A DNA stretch of 64,000 nt. It comes from an uncultured Candidatus Saccharibacteria bacterium (GTDB lineage: Bacteria; Patescibacteriota; Minisyncoccia; Phycocordibacterales; DSPV01). The stretch covers positions 532,776 to 596,775 of the forward strand of contig CAZTXT010000001.1 of the NCBI GenBank assembly GCA_964617735.1, written 5' to 3'. Numbering within the stretch: the stretch's first letter is position 1; each line of letters opens with the position of its first letter. Position numbers and translations under genes: made by a program. Positions 55,360-64,000 of this stretch are shown here, one piece after another. The notes under the pieces were generated by a model. That model had not been told where the DNA came from and ran no database searches. It saw nothing but the letters and a program-made list of their open reading frames with translations.

Positions 55360-56604
55360 ATGTCGAGGAAGAGCAAAATCTCAACGGAGAGCTACAAAGG
55401 CGTCCGCGATTTCTATCCCCATGATATGTTCATCGAGAACTATATCTTCACGGTCATGCGAAAAACAGTGGAGCGATTCGGCTATGTCGAGTACGGCGCT
55501 TCCATACTCGAACCCGCAGAATTGTACCGGTCAAAGACCAACCAAGAGATCGTCAATGAGCAGACCTACACCTTCACTGACCGCGGCAAGCGCGAAGTCA
55601 CCTTGCGTCCGGAAATGACGCCGACGCTCGCACGCATGATCGCCGGCAAGCACCGAGAGCTCGCTTTTCCCTTGCGCTGGTACTCCGTTCCCAACGTATT
55701 TCGCTACGAGCGTCCTCAGCGCGGCCGCCTGCGCGAACATTGGCAGCTCAATGCCGATATCTTTGGGGTCTCGAGCAGCGAAGCGGAAGTAGAGATCATT
55801 GCACTGGCGTATGCGATCATGCGGAAGTTCGGCGCCGGGGTGGATGATTTCCAAATACGCATCAATAGTCGGAAATTGCTCCAAGAGTACCTACAAGGAC
55901 GGCTCATCAACAAAGATCTCTACGAAGATGCGATCCGGCTCATCGATAGGAAGGATAAGATTCCGGCAAAAGAATTCGAAACGAGCTGGAAAAAACTCTC
56001 GAACGAATCGTTCGCCTTAAATCTCTCTGCGGATGAGATGGTAGCGGACATCATCGCAAAGCTCAATGCGCAAGGAATACACAACGTCGTCTTTTGGCCA
56101 ACCCTCACCCGCGGTTTTGATTACTATACCGGCGTCGTGTTTGAGGTTTTCGATACCAATGCAGAGAACGGACGATCCCTCTTTGGCGGCGGGCGATACG
56201 ATGATTTACTCGAGCTCTTCGGCGAAAAGCCGATACCCGCGGTAGGCTTCGGCATGGGAGACGTCACGCTGCGTGATTTCCTGGAACTTCACGCTCTCTT
56301 GCCTGCATACCGACCCACCACGGACGCGTATCTCATACCCGTCTCTCCGGTTGACCAGAGCGCTGCGCTCTCGGTCGCAGACGTGCTCCGAAAACTCGGA
56401 CTTAACATCGCCGTCGATCTCTCGGATAAAAAGGTCGGTGACCGGGTCAAGCTGGCAGACCGTAATGCGATACCATTCGTCATCTTCGTCGGTGAGGCAG
56501 AAGTCTCAAGTGGGCTCTACAAATGCAAAAATCTCAAAACCCGTGAGGAAAGGACTGGAAGCACCGAAGAGATCGCACGGATCATCAAAGACTCTCGTGC
56601 GTAA
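55360..56604 (+). CDS. hisS: histidine--tRNA ligase
   Basis: KGVRDF, LRPEMT, FRYERPQRGRLRE, RGFDYYTG, GGGRYD. Confidence 0.96.
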   Translation: MSRKSKISTESYKGVRDFYPHDMFIENYIFTVMRKTVERFGYVEYGASILEPAELYRSKTNQEIVNEQTYTFTDRGKREVTLRPEMTPTLARMIAGKHRELAFPLRWYSVPNVFRYERPQRGRLREHWQLNADIFGVSSSEAEVEIIALAYAIMRKFGAGVDDFQIRINSRKLLQEYLQGRLINKDLYEDAIRLIDRKDKIPAKEFETSWKKLSNESFALNLSADEMVADIIAKLNAQGIHNVVFWPTLTRGFDYYTGVVFEVFDTNAENGRSLFGGGRYDDLLELFGEKPIPAVGFGMGDVTLRDFLELHALLPAYRPTTDAYLIPVSPVDQSAALSVADVLRKLGLNIAVDLSDKKVGDRVKLADRNAIPFVIFVGEAEVSSGLYKCKNLKTREERTGSTEEIARIIKDSRA

Positions 56605-57172
56605 GGTAGTTTTCGATATCGAAACACAGAACTTCTTCCACGAAACCGGTTCGACGGACCCGGCGTCGCTCTCGATAGCGTGCGTCTGCATCCATGATTC
56701 CGAGACAAACAAATATCTAAGCTTCAAAGAAGACGAACTCAAGAATCTCTGGCCTATACTCGAGAAAACCGATCTGCTCATCGGCTTCAACTCCGATCAC
56801 TTCGATATCCCGCTTCTTGATAAGTATTACACCGGAGATCTCACAAAGATAAAGAGTTTAGACCTTTTAAAAGAAGTGAAGAAAGTCCTTGGGCATCGCC
56901 TAAAACTCGACACACTCGCTGAAGCCACCTTGGGAAGACGCAAAACCGCGGATGGCCTTGCCGCAGGGCTTTGGTGGAAAAACGGAGAATATCAGAAAGT
57001 CATAGACTACTGCATCGAGGACGTCCGTATCACAAAAGACATCTATGACTACGCGATGGAGAACGGTAAACTAAAATACCGCGACGGCAAGATGCTTCGC
57101 GATATTCCACTCGATACATCGAAATGGGAGAAAAAAGAGGAGAGCGCGATGACACACACCCTCCCCTTCTAG
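56597..57172 (+). CDS. DEDD 3'-5' exonuclease (YprB/RNase H-like)
   Basis: VFDIET, GFNSDHFDIP, YCIEDV; GTG start overlapping the hisS end. Confidence 0.85.
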   Translation: MRKVVFDIETQNFFHETGSTDPASLSIACVCIHDSETNKYLSFKEDELKNLWPILEKTDLLIGFNSDHFDIPLLDKYYTGDLTKIKSLDLLKEVKKVLGHRLKLDTLAEATLGRRKTADGLAAGLWWKNGEYQKVIDYCIEDVRITKDIYDYAMENGKLKYRDGKMLRDIPLDTSKWEKKEESAMTHTLPF

Positions 57173-57194
57173 ACATATTGTCGTTTATTACTTG

Positions 57195-57368
57195 CTAGTC
57201 AAAGACGACGCCATGGGCACCCGCGAGTGAGCGAGCGCGCACGCGGTCTTGGATCTCGGCTTTAACTCTGAGGCTCTGTTCTACACGCAGCCTGTATCGA
57301 GCATAGACGATCCGATGAAGCGCTCTGTTGACCGCCTGAACTTCTCTTGACAGTCGTATCTTTTTCAT
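57195..57368 (-). CDS. small basic hypothetical protein
   Basis: MKKIRLSRE..., AAAGGA SD. Confidence 0.4.
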   Translation of the reverse strand: MKKIRLSREVQAVNRALHRIVYARYRLRVEQSLRVKAEIQDRVRARSLAGAHGVVFD

Positions 57369-57405
57369 AGAGTCCTTTCTTCTATGAAAAAGACTAACAC
57401 GACGG

Positions 57406-58125
57406 CTAAGATCCTGCGAGCCGGATGACAAGATACATCAACCCCATGCCGAGTATGGTCATGTAGGTCGTCCAACGGCGCGGATGCGTATGCTGACTCT
57501 CGGGCAAAAGATCGCTCGCACCGATGTAGAGAAAGAAGCCCGAGAAAAGGGCTAAAAGGAGACCGAGCTTGCTTTTCTCGACGCTGAAGAAGAGCGTCGA
57601 GGCAACGCCAACGATGGGGGCCAGGGCGTCTGTTAAAAGCCAGCTCATCGCCATCGTTCTGCTTGCCCCGTTTTTGAGGACAAGGTTGACCGTATTGATG
57701 CCATCAGAGAAGTCATGGACTAATACCGCCGCTGCAACGATAACGCCGAGCGCGGGAGACACTTTGAAGGCAAGACCGATACCCACTCCATCGAGAAAGC
57801 TATGGACCGAAAGGCTCCCGGCCCCGAAAATCGCCCGTCGTTTATCCCCTTCCGGCATATCATCATGGCCATGTAGGAGGATCAAACGATCGAGGATAAG
57901 ATAGGTGAGAAACCCGACGGCGATGACTGTCGCGACAAAAGAGACTTCATAGTGGTTTACCGTTATCTCGAACGCCTCGGGCATGAGGTCGAAGAAGGCA
58001 ACCCCGATGACCGCGCCGGCGCTAAAGCCGAGCACCAGATGCAAACGGTCTTTAAGGTGCAGCGCAAAGAGACCGCCGAAGAGCGTGCAAAGAAACGCTG
58101 CAGTACTTATCAAGAACAGCATCAT
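57406..58125 (-). CDS. ZIP-family divalent metal transporter
   Basis: FDLMPEA, HSFLDG, HDFSDG, SDLLPE. Confidence 0.9.
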   Translation of the reverse strand: MMLFLISTAAFLCTLFGGLFALHLKDRLHLVLGFSAGAVIGVAFFDLMPEAFEITVNHYEVSFVATVIAVGFLTYLILDRLILLHGHDDMPEGDKRRAIFGAGSLSVHSFLDGVGIGLAFKVSPALGVIVAAAVLVHDFSDGINTVNLVLKNGASRTMAMSWLLTDALAPIVGVASTLFFSVEKSKLGLLLALFSGFFLYIGASDLLPESQHTHPRRWTTYMTILGMGLMYLVIRLAGS

Positions 58126-58224
58126 AAAGGTTGTATACGTTATTACTATAATATACGTGGTGATCGTTTGCCAAAAGGGAAAAAGTTGCTATAATCGCTG
58201 GATCATTAACATAAACCCAATCCC

Positions 58225-59043
58225 ATGGAAGACTTGTACCAGAAGCCGAAGAATAATTTATCCGTATCCATCGCGATCGTTGTCGCTGGAGGCTTGATCG
58301 CAGCCGCGCTCTATCTCTCGCGCGGGCCTGCGGCACCGGCCAGTGCGATACAAGCGGGAACCGCTGCTCCGACGACGCAAACAGGACAGGCGGAGATATC
58401 GATCCGTCCCATCAAAAGTGAAGATCATATGCTCGGTAATCCGGCTGCGCCGCTGGCACTCGTGGTATTCACCGATCTCGAATGCCCCTTCTGTAAAGAC
58501 TTCCATACAACTCTGGGAAAAGTCGCAGACACGTATGGCAAGAATGGCAGCGTACTATGGGTGTACCGGAATTTCCCACTGGCCCAATTGCATAGCCGCG
58601 CGCCCAAAGAAGCCGAAGCTGCAGAATGCGCCGATGAGCTGGGAGGAAGAGAGGCTTACTGGGCATTCGTCAACGATGTCTTCAAAACGACGACTTCTAA
58701 TGATACGCTCGACCCCGCCGAGCTTCCCCGGATCGCCCGCCGGGCAGGTCTGGACGTGACTAAATTCAACGCATGCCTCTCGAGCGGAAAATATACGGAG
58801 AAAGTACAGGCTGATTATGATGAGGCAGTCGCCGCAGGTGGACAAGGTACCCCATTCTCCGTCTTCGTCCTCAACAGACCGATCAGTGATAGCGCTGTGA
58901 ATTCTATAAACCAGATGATCACAACGTATCGGCTCTCCCCTGACACCTTTGTCTTCTCGAACGATAAGCAACATCTCTCGATGTCGGGTGCGCTTCCCTA
59001 TACGATGGTGCAGAAAGTCATTGACGCCCTCCTCTCAAAATAA
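58225..59043 (+). CDS. DsbA/BdbD-like thiol-disulfide oxidoreductase
   Basis: TM anchor; DLECPFC, YRNFPL, GTP. Confidence 0.9.
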   Translation: MEDLYQKPKNNLSVSIAIVVAGGLIAAALYLSRGPAAPASAIQAGTAAPTTQTGQAEISIRPIKSEDHMLGNPAAPLALVVFTDLECPFCKDFHTTLGKVADTYGKNGSVLWVYRNFPLAQLHSRAPKEAEAAECADELGGREAYWAFVNDVFKTTTSNDTLDPAELPRIARRAGLDVTKFNACLSSGKYTEKVQADYDEAVAAGGQGTPFSVFVLNRPISDSAVNSINQMITTYRLSPDTFVFSNDKQHLSMSGALPYTMVQKVIDALLSK

Positions 59044-59073
59044 ATCCCGTTCGCCAAAACCGCACGGTTCACT

Positions 59074-61998
59074 CTAAGCCAAGAGCGAGCCGGAAGCCTC
59101 TTTAAGCGTGCACCATTCGCAATCCCGCTTACCACATCCCTGGTCAGCAAATGAGAAATCAGCGATCTGTCGCGCAACGTCCGCAGTCAGCGCGCGCAGA
59201 GCTTTCACCTCCGTATCCTCGATTGTAAATACTTCGCGTCGGTACCTGCCTCGCTCGTCGGGTTTGATGAAATCCAGCGTGCCCGTTTTCATACGCCACT
59301 TCCCTTCTACGTCCACGAGCAGTTTGTAAAATATGAGCTGGCGCTTATAGTCCCCGTTGCTCGAATTCGTTGTTCCCTCGATCTGCGCGCGAGATTTCGG
59401 GCGTCCTGTTTTATAATCGACGACATTGATTTCATTACCAGAGAGCAATTCCACCTTATCCAGCGAACCATTAAGCGTCACGTGTTTCTTCTTTCCGAGC
59501 GCAAGCGGGATCCCACCGATGCGGAACTCGTTGTAAATCGCGCGGGGGAAGTTACCTTGTCCCAGGTACCGCTTGAGCTCTCTTTTCCCTTCGGCAGCGT
59601 GACTTTCAAAGTCGCGCTGCGAGAGATGGGTGCGGCGAATATACTGCTCGAACAGATGCAGGGTCTGCGCGATGGTGATGTCTTCCTCGCGCGCATAGGC
59701 ATCAAAATATGACTTTAGTGCTGCATGAATTGCAGAGCCATAGAGAAGCGCGGGCGATTGCGACTCCGGTACTCGGATGAGATCAACGAAAAAATAACGC
59801 CAGGGGCATTCAAGAAAGTTGTTGAGGTGGGTAACGGAGAGGCCACGCTTGAAAAAGAGCGCGCGCAAATAGGCAGAGTCGGAGAGCAAGGGTGATGATA
59901 GTGATGTTTGTTTATGAACAGATGTTGGTATTGACGGGGTGAGATGCAGACGGTGCGCCTCGGCGATCTCTGCGATGAACCGTGACGGCACGCGCTCTCG
60001 CCCATCATCATCCCTCTGAAAATAGGAAATGACAGCCTCCTTCCGCGCGCGGGTGATCGCAACGTAAAATAATCGTCGCTCGTCCTCGGTCTCATGATCT
60101 TCCTCGCCGCCAAGGATCGTCAGATCAAAGAGGGAGCGTGAGCGCCGCCCTCCCCAGACGCCATCTTCGGCATGCAGGATAAAAACAGAGTTGAATTCAA
60201 GGCCCTTAGAGCGATGGGCCGTCATTACCGATACTCCTTCTGGAGCGGAGACTTCCGCGTTTATTGAGATATCATGCTCACGCGCACGGGCAAGATAGGT
60301 CACAAAATTAGCAACGGTAGCTCTCTTTTCGCGCTCGGCGTAGCGCTCCACACTTCGGAGCAGTGCACCGTAGAGGGGTAGAAGTTCATGCCCACCCGGT
60401 TGAGCGATAAGATGGCCGCTATATCCGCTCTCTCGTGCAATGCGTCCGAATCCTTCTACGAGAGACTCATTTCTGGCGATCTTTGCCCATCGGGAGAGAT
60501 CAGTAGTGAATTTCTTGAAGGGTTTGCTCTCGCGCAGGAGACGCACCAACGATGCACGTTTATGATGCCGAGCTTCCAACAACATATACACGTCATGGGG
60601 ATCCAATCCCAAAAAATCGAGGAACAATATGGGTGCAAGGCGCTCGTCAGATGGTTCTACGGAGGCCTCTAGCAACTTCAGGAATGCGTCAATACGGACG
60701 TGCGAGAGCGCATCCGCATCGGCGAACCGCGCGACCCCGATGCCGTGATCGCGCAATACGCGCTCCATTGGTTCCGCATCCTTATTCTCCCGCACCAACA
60801 CCGCGATCTCGGAGAGACTCTCTCCTGCCTTGAGACGCTTTGAGATCTCTTCGGCTACGAACGCTCGTTCGGCGCTGCGATCGGCTAGAGTTGCAACAGA
60901 TATCTTTTCTGGTTTGTGTACAGCGCGTGATATCAGTGAGACACGCAAAGACTCATCCGAGATGGGGTTGTGTACTATCAAACTATGAGCAGCATCAAGG
61001 ATGGTCTGGTTGGAACGATAATTCTCCTCAAGGGTGACGAGACGCGCCGAAGGGAACAATCTCCGAAAATACAGGAAGTTCTCTAACGATGCCCCCTGGA
61101 AGCGGAAAATCGCTTGCTTCTCATCGCCGACGATAAAAAGGTTCGGGTCTTTATGGAAGGAACTTAGCAATTCTAAGAGCCGGTTTTGCGCATTGTTCGC
61201 ATCCTGATGTTCGTCTGCGAGAATATATTGAAAGTCTTCCTGCAATTTCAAGAGTAGATTCGCATCGGATTCAAGAACACGGACACATTCCATGATCATG
61301 TCCTCGTAATCATATAGTCGTGCTTTACCCAATTTCTCTTCGTAAAGGCGGTAGACCCCGACCAGCTCACGATTCTTCTTCAACTTCTCGGCTCTCAATC
61401 GGTACTTCCCTTTTACCTCACCCGTATAGCGGCCGCTTTTATATCGCATATCGGGGACACCCGCAAGCTCTGTTTCCTGTTTCTTCACGAGTTTCCCGAA
61501 TGCTTCGGGAGAAATATTCTCTCGCTTCAAATCTTTGATGGCGGAGAGACACGGAGAAACATAGTAGGTCGGGTCGTTCTTTGGCCGAAGCTTGGCAATG
61601 TCGGCAGTGTCTAGCACTTCTTGCATCAGACGTATCTGCTCGAGTTCCTCCATGTGCTCCGAGCCGATAAGGCGCGGAAATCGATCCGGATACGTCTTAA
61701 TGATGTCATTCGCGAAACTATGGAACGTATGGATGTGCACGCGATACGCGGAAGGGCCGATAACGGTCGAAAGTTTGTCGCGCATGGCAGAAACTCCCGA
61801 TTCGGTGAAGGTCAGCGCCAAGATAGCATCGGGTTGAGTGTCATTCTTTATGATGTTCGCAATGCGCAGCGTCAGCACCGTCGTCTTGCCGGTACCTGGC
61901 CCCGCGATGACCATCACCGGCCCCTCAATGGTATCCACCGCCTCCTTTTGTTTAGCGTTGAGGCGCTTATACTGCGCCTCAAATTCAGCGTTTTTCAC
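59074..61998 (-). CDS. UvrD/PcrA-like helicase fused to a PD-(D/E)XK nuclease
   Basis: AGPGTGKT, DEHQD, ENYRS, HRSKGLEF, YVAITRA; C-terminal LDKVE..VDYKTG with CP...C..C..C; start placed at GTG 61998. Confidence 0.92.
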   Translation of the reverse strand: MKNAEFEAQYKRLNAKQKEAVDTIEGPVMVIAGPGTGKTTVLTLRIANIIKNDTQPDAILALTFTESGVSAMRDKLSTVIGPSAYRVHIHTFHSFANDIIKTYPDRFPRLIGSEHMEELEQIRLMQEVLDTADIAKLRPKNDPTYYVSPCLSAIKDLKRENISPEAFGKLVKKQETELAGVPDMRYKSGRYTGEVKGKYRLRAEKLKKNRELVGVYRLYEEKLGKARLYDYEDMIMECVRVLESDANLLLKLQEDFQYILADEHQDANNAQNRLLELLSSFHKDPNLFIVGDEKQAIFRFQGASLENFLYFRRLFPSARLVTLEENYRSNQTILDAAHSLIVHNPISDESLRVSLISRAVHKPEKISVATLADRSAERAFVAEEISKRLKAGESLSEIAVLVRENKDAEPMERVLRDHGIGVARFADADALSHVRIDAFLKLLEASVEPSDERLAPILFLDFLGLDPHDVYMLLEARHHKRASLVRLLRESKPFKKFTTDLSRWAKIARNESLVEGFGRIARESGYSGHLIAQPGGHELLPLYGALLRSVERYAEREKRATVANFVTYLARAREHDISINAEVSAPEGVSVMTAHRSKGLEFNSVFILHAEDGVWGGRRSRSLFDLTILGGEEDHETEDERRLFYVAITRARKEAVISYFQRDDDGRERVPSRFIAEIAEAHRLHLTPSIPTSVHKQTSLSSPLLSDSAYLRALFFKRGLSVTHLNNFLECPWRYFFVDLIRVPESQSPALLYGSAIHAALKSYFDAYAREEDITIAQTLHLFEQYIRRTHLSQRDFESHAAEGKRELKRYLGQGNFPRAIYNEFRIGGIPLALGKKKHVTLNGSLDKVELLSGNEINVVDYKTGRPKSRAQIEGTTNSSNGDYKRQLIFYKLLVDVEGKWRMKTGTLDFIKPDERGRYRREVFTIEDTEVKALRALTADVARQIADFSFADQGCGKRDCEWCTLKEASGSLLA

Positions 61999-62058
61999 GC
62001 GTACAGTATACCTCAAGCTGATTCACTTTGATGTACGGCTATGCTAGGCTAACCCCAG

Positions 62059-62274
62059 ATGAAAACTAAAATCCACCGATTCAAGCATCTCGTCGATGTG
62101 AGAACAGGAAGACCTCTCGAGATTGCTGCCCCGGCCGCTTCGCCACGCGTGTTCCCCATCACGGGGCGCCGACTGGAAAAAGGCGAGACCATACGGCGCG
62201 CCGCTTTAAAAAGTGCACAGCGGCTCATCAGAAGCCTCGAGGCTCAGCAAAAAGGACTGCCGTCCAGCGTATAA
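62059..62274 (+). CDS. small basic hypothetical protein
   Basis: 71 aa; TGCTAGGCT 8 nt before ATG. Confidence 0.5.
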   Translation: MKTKIHRFKHLVDVRTGRPLEIAAPAASPRVFPITGRRLEKGETIRRAALKSAQRLIRSLEAQQKGLPSSV

Positions 62275-62333
62275 GACAACGCAACCGCCGCATCTTCGTT
62301 GAAGATGCCGCGGTTTATCTTCTCTGGATTTTC

Positions 62334-63533
62334 CTAATAGCTCTTGAGTTTAGAGGCCTTCTCGTGCTGACGAATCTTTTCGTGCGCTTTTGCCTCTATC
62401 TGACGGATTCGTTCGCGCGTAACGCCGAATTTCTGCCCAACTTCCTCAAGGGTATGCGTCACCCCATCCATAAGCCCGTGGCGCATCTCAAGGATACGCC
62501 GCTCTTTTTCTGAGAGATCGCCCAAAATCTCTTTGACCTGGTCCGCCAAAATACGGCGTGAGGATTCCTGGTCCGGGGAAAGTATCTTGTCATCGGATAC
62601 GAAATCGCCGAGCGTTGACTTGCCATCATCGCCCTCATCCCCCACCGGACTCTCGAGCGAAACCGTATCCTGGTCGATCTTTTCGATCTGATAGACCTTT
62701 TCTACATCAAGCCCCATCTCGATAGCGATTTCTTCGGGCAAAGGATCCCTACTAAGGTCCTGCGAGAGACGTCGCACCACCTGCTTGTATTTTGCGATGG
62801 TCTCGACCATATGTACGGGGACGCGGATCGTGCGCGACTGGTCAGCAAGCGCACGGGTGATAGCCTGCCTGATCCACCACGTCGCATAAGTCGAGAATTT
62901 GTAGCCTTTCGTCCAATCGAACTTATCTACCGCCTTGAAAAGTCCGAGATTCCCTTCTTGTATAAGATCGAGGAGGGTAAGGTCAGGAGAGCGGCCGACG
63001 TAGCGTTTGGCGATCGAGACGACCAAACGAAGGTTAGCCCGAGCCAAGAGATTCTTCGCTTCCATGTCCCCTTTCTCGATGCGTTTGGCGAGTTCCTTCT
63101 CATCGGATGCACCAATGAGGGGATACTGGCCGATCTCTTTGAGATACATCTGTATCGAATCATAGCCGCTGTCGGTCCGCCCGTATCCGAGTTTCTTCCC
63201 ACTGCTCTCTTCGGTGTGCAGGTCAAGCATACCCCCGCTCTCAAGCACGTCGATGCCGGCTTCGCTCAACTTCACATAGAGGTCTTCAAGGAAGACGATA
63301 TCATCTTCGATGGTCGGGAATTCCTTCAAGATCTCATCATAGGTGATGAAACCACGCTCTTTTCCGCGGGCAAGAAGTCGTGTCACTTTGTCCTCCTGCG
63401 CTTTCGCCCGTTTGGAGATCTTATCCACCGGCACCTTTTTATGCGCTGAATTCTCCTTTCTGCGCTCCTTCAGGCGCCGCTGGGGACGCGCCCGATGCAC
63501 TTGTTTCTTCGCAGTTTTCTTATTTTTTTTCAT
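62334..63533 (-). CDS. rpoD: RNA polymerase primary sigma factor
   Basis: [47 protein letters not shown]. Confidence 0.96.
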   Translation of the reverse strand: MKKNKKTAKKQVHRARPQRRLKERRKENSAHKKVPVDKISKRAKAQEDKVTRLLARGKERGFITYDEILKEFPTIEDDIVFLEDLYVKLSEAGIDVLESGGMLDLHTEESSGKKLGYGRTDSGYDSIQMYLKEIGQYPLIGASDEKELAKRIEKGDMEAKNLLARANLRLVVSIAKRYVGRSPDLTLLDLIQEGNLGLFKAVDKFDWTKGYKFSTYATWWIRQAITRALADQSRTIRVPVHMVETIAKYKQVVRRLSQDLSRDPLPEEIAIEMGLDVEKVYQIEKIDQDTVSLESPVGDEGDDGKSTLGDFVSDDKILSPDQESSRRILADQVKEILGDLSEKERRILEMRHGLMDGVTHTLEEVGQKFGVTRERIRQIEAKAHEKIRQHEKASKLKSY

Positions 63534-63539
63534 AGGGGT

Positions 63540-64000
63540 TTACGTATCAAAAGAGTATCGCTTGTGTTTTAAATCGTTGAGCCGCTTCGTCAATTCCTGG
63601 CACTGGCTTAACAATTTCCTTTTCTTCTCCTCGTTCTTCTGCGCCTCGGCCTGCGCGAGTGCGCTCATCGCCTGCCCAAGCTCCTCGGTCAAACTATCCT
63701 CCTCAAACGTATCCAAAAGCTCCGCGACTGCCGCCTCGACATGCTGATTGCCTTCGTAGTAACTCTCCGCCTGATAGATAAGCTCTTCGGAAATGGATGT
63801 CCCTTCGGCAAACAGCTGGTGGGCCGATGCCGGCCCGCGGATCCGCTCGATATTCTCTCGCAACTGCTGGGTATCGATGAGCGGTTTGTCCGCTTTATCC
63901 TGCCAGAACACAAGCCCGATCAGGAGCCGCTCGGTCAGGTTTCGCCGCGGCGTAAATGACGATTGGACCGGAGAACCGCGATCGACGGGCTTTTCGACCG
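63540..64000 (-). CDS. dnaG: probable C-terminus of DNA primase (5'-partial)
   Basis: helical C-terminal region immediately upstream of rpoD; assignment rests mainly on dnaG-rpoD synteny. Confidence 0.55.
   Translation of the reverse strand, partial: VEKPVDRGSPVQSSFTPRRNLTERLLIGLVFWQDKADKPLIDTQQLRENIERIRGPASAHQLFAEGTSISEELIYQAESYYEGNQHVEAAVAELLDTFEEDSLTEELGQAMSALAQAEAQKNEEKKRKLLSQCQELTKRLNDLKHKRYSFDT

Noticed and set aside
58132-58158. Zur-like box between the ZIP and DsbA genes
   Set aside because: AT-rich imperfect symmetry with too many mismatches to call by eye
1-64000. CRISPR array, prophage, IS/integrase, retron/DGR reverse transcriptase, rRNA
   Set aside because: No regularly spaced repeats or diagnostic protein or RNA motifs seen
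1-64000. Alternative genetic code (UGA=Gly as in Gracilibacteria/SR1)
   Set aside because: Core genes are uninterrupted under code 11 and several end at TGA at the expected lengths

Overview
A 64-kb chromosomal segment of a Patescibacteria (CPR) bacterium, most likely Parcubacteria. The assignment is inferred from the two mreB paralogues, short ProRS and HolB, HTH-MurA fusion and helicase-dead PriA. Standard code 11 is used. Positions 1-24 kb hold core genes: dcw (mraZ-rsmH-ftsL-ftsI-murF), lysS/greA, mreBCD-pbp2, proS, rseP, frr, holB, murA, priA-def-fmt and hpf. Positions 24-54 kb are accessory: an OmpR-type two-component system, a GT4/GH130 pair, a VanY peptidase, a complete cytochrome bo3 quinol oxidase set (cyoABCD+cyoE) whose subunit I has Gln at the K-channel lysine, an orphan PAS kinase, VOC proteins, a free-standing HNH, a NYN protein, a subtilase and a 1277-aa modular surface metalloprotease. 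Positions 54-64 kb are core again (ECF sigma, RRM, hisS, exonuclease, ZIP, DsbA, UvrD-nuclease, rpoD, dnaG end). Main items not visible in the ORF track: (i) tRNA-Asn(GUU) split at 35/36 by a 216-nt group I intron, flanked by tRNA-derived repeats; (ii) an identical promoter architecture, TTCAT-N6-(T/A)TCAT-N11-TAnnnT, before the response regulator, the orphan PAS kinase and a receiver-less winged-helix paralogue, suggesting one regulatory circuit; (iii) a widespread leaderless-type -10/start spacing; (iv) two pseudogenes and a small unlisted membrane protein. All calls come from reading motifs by eye; no searches were run.
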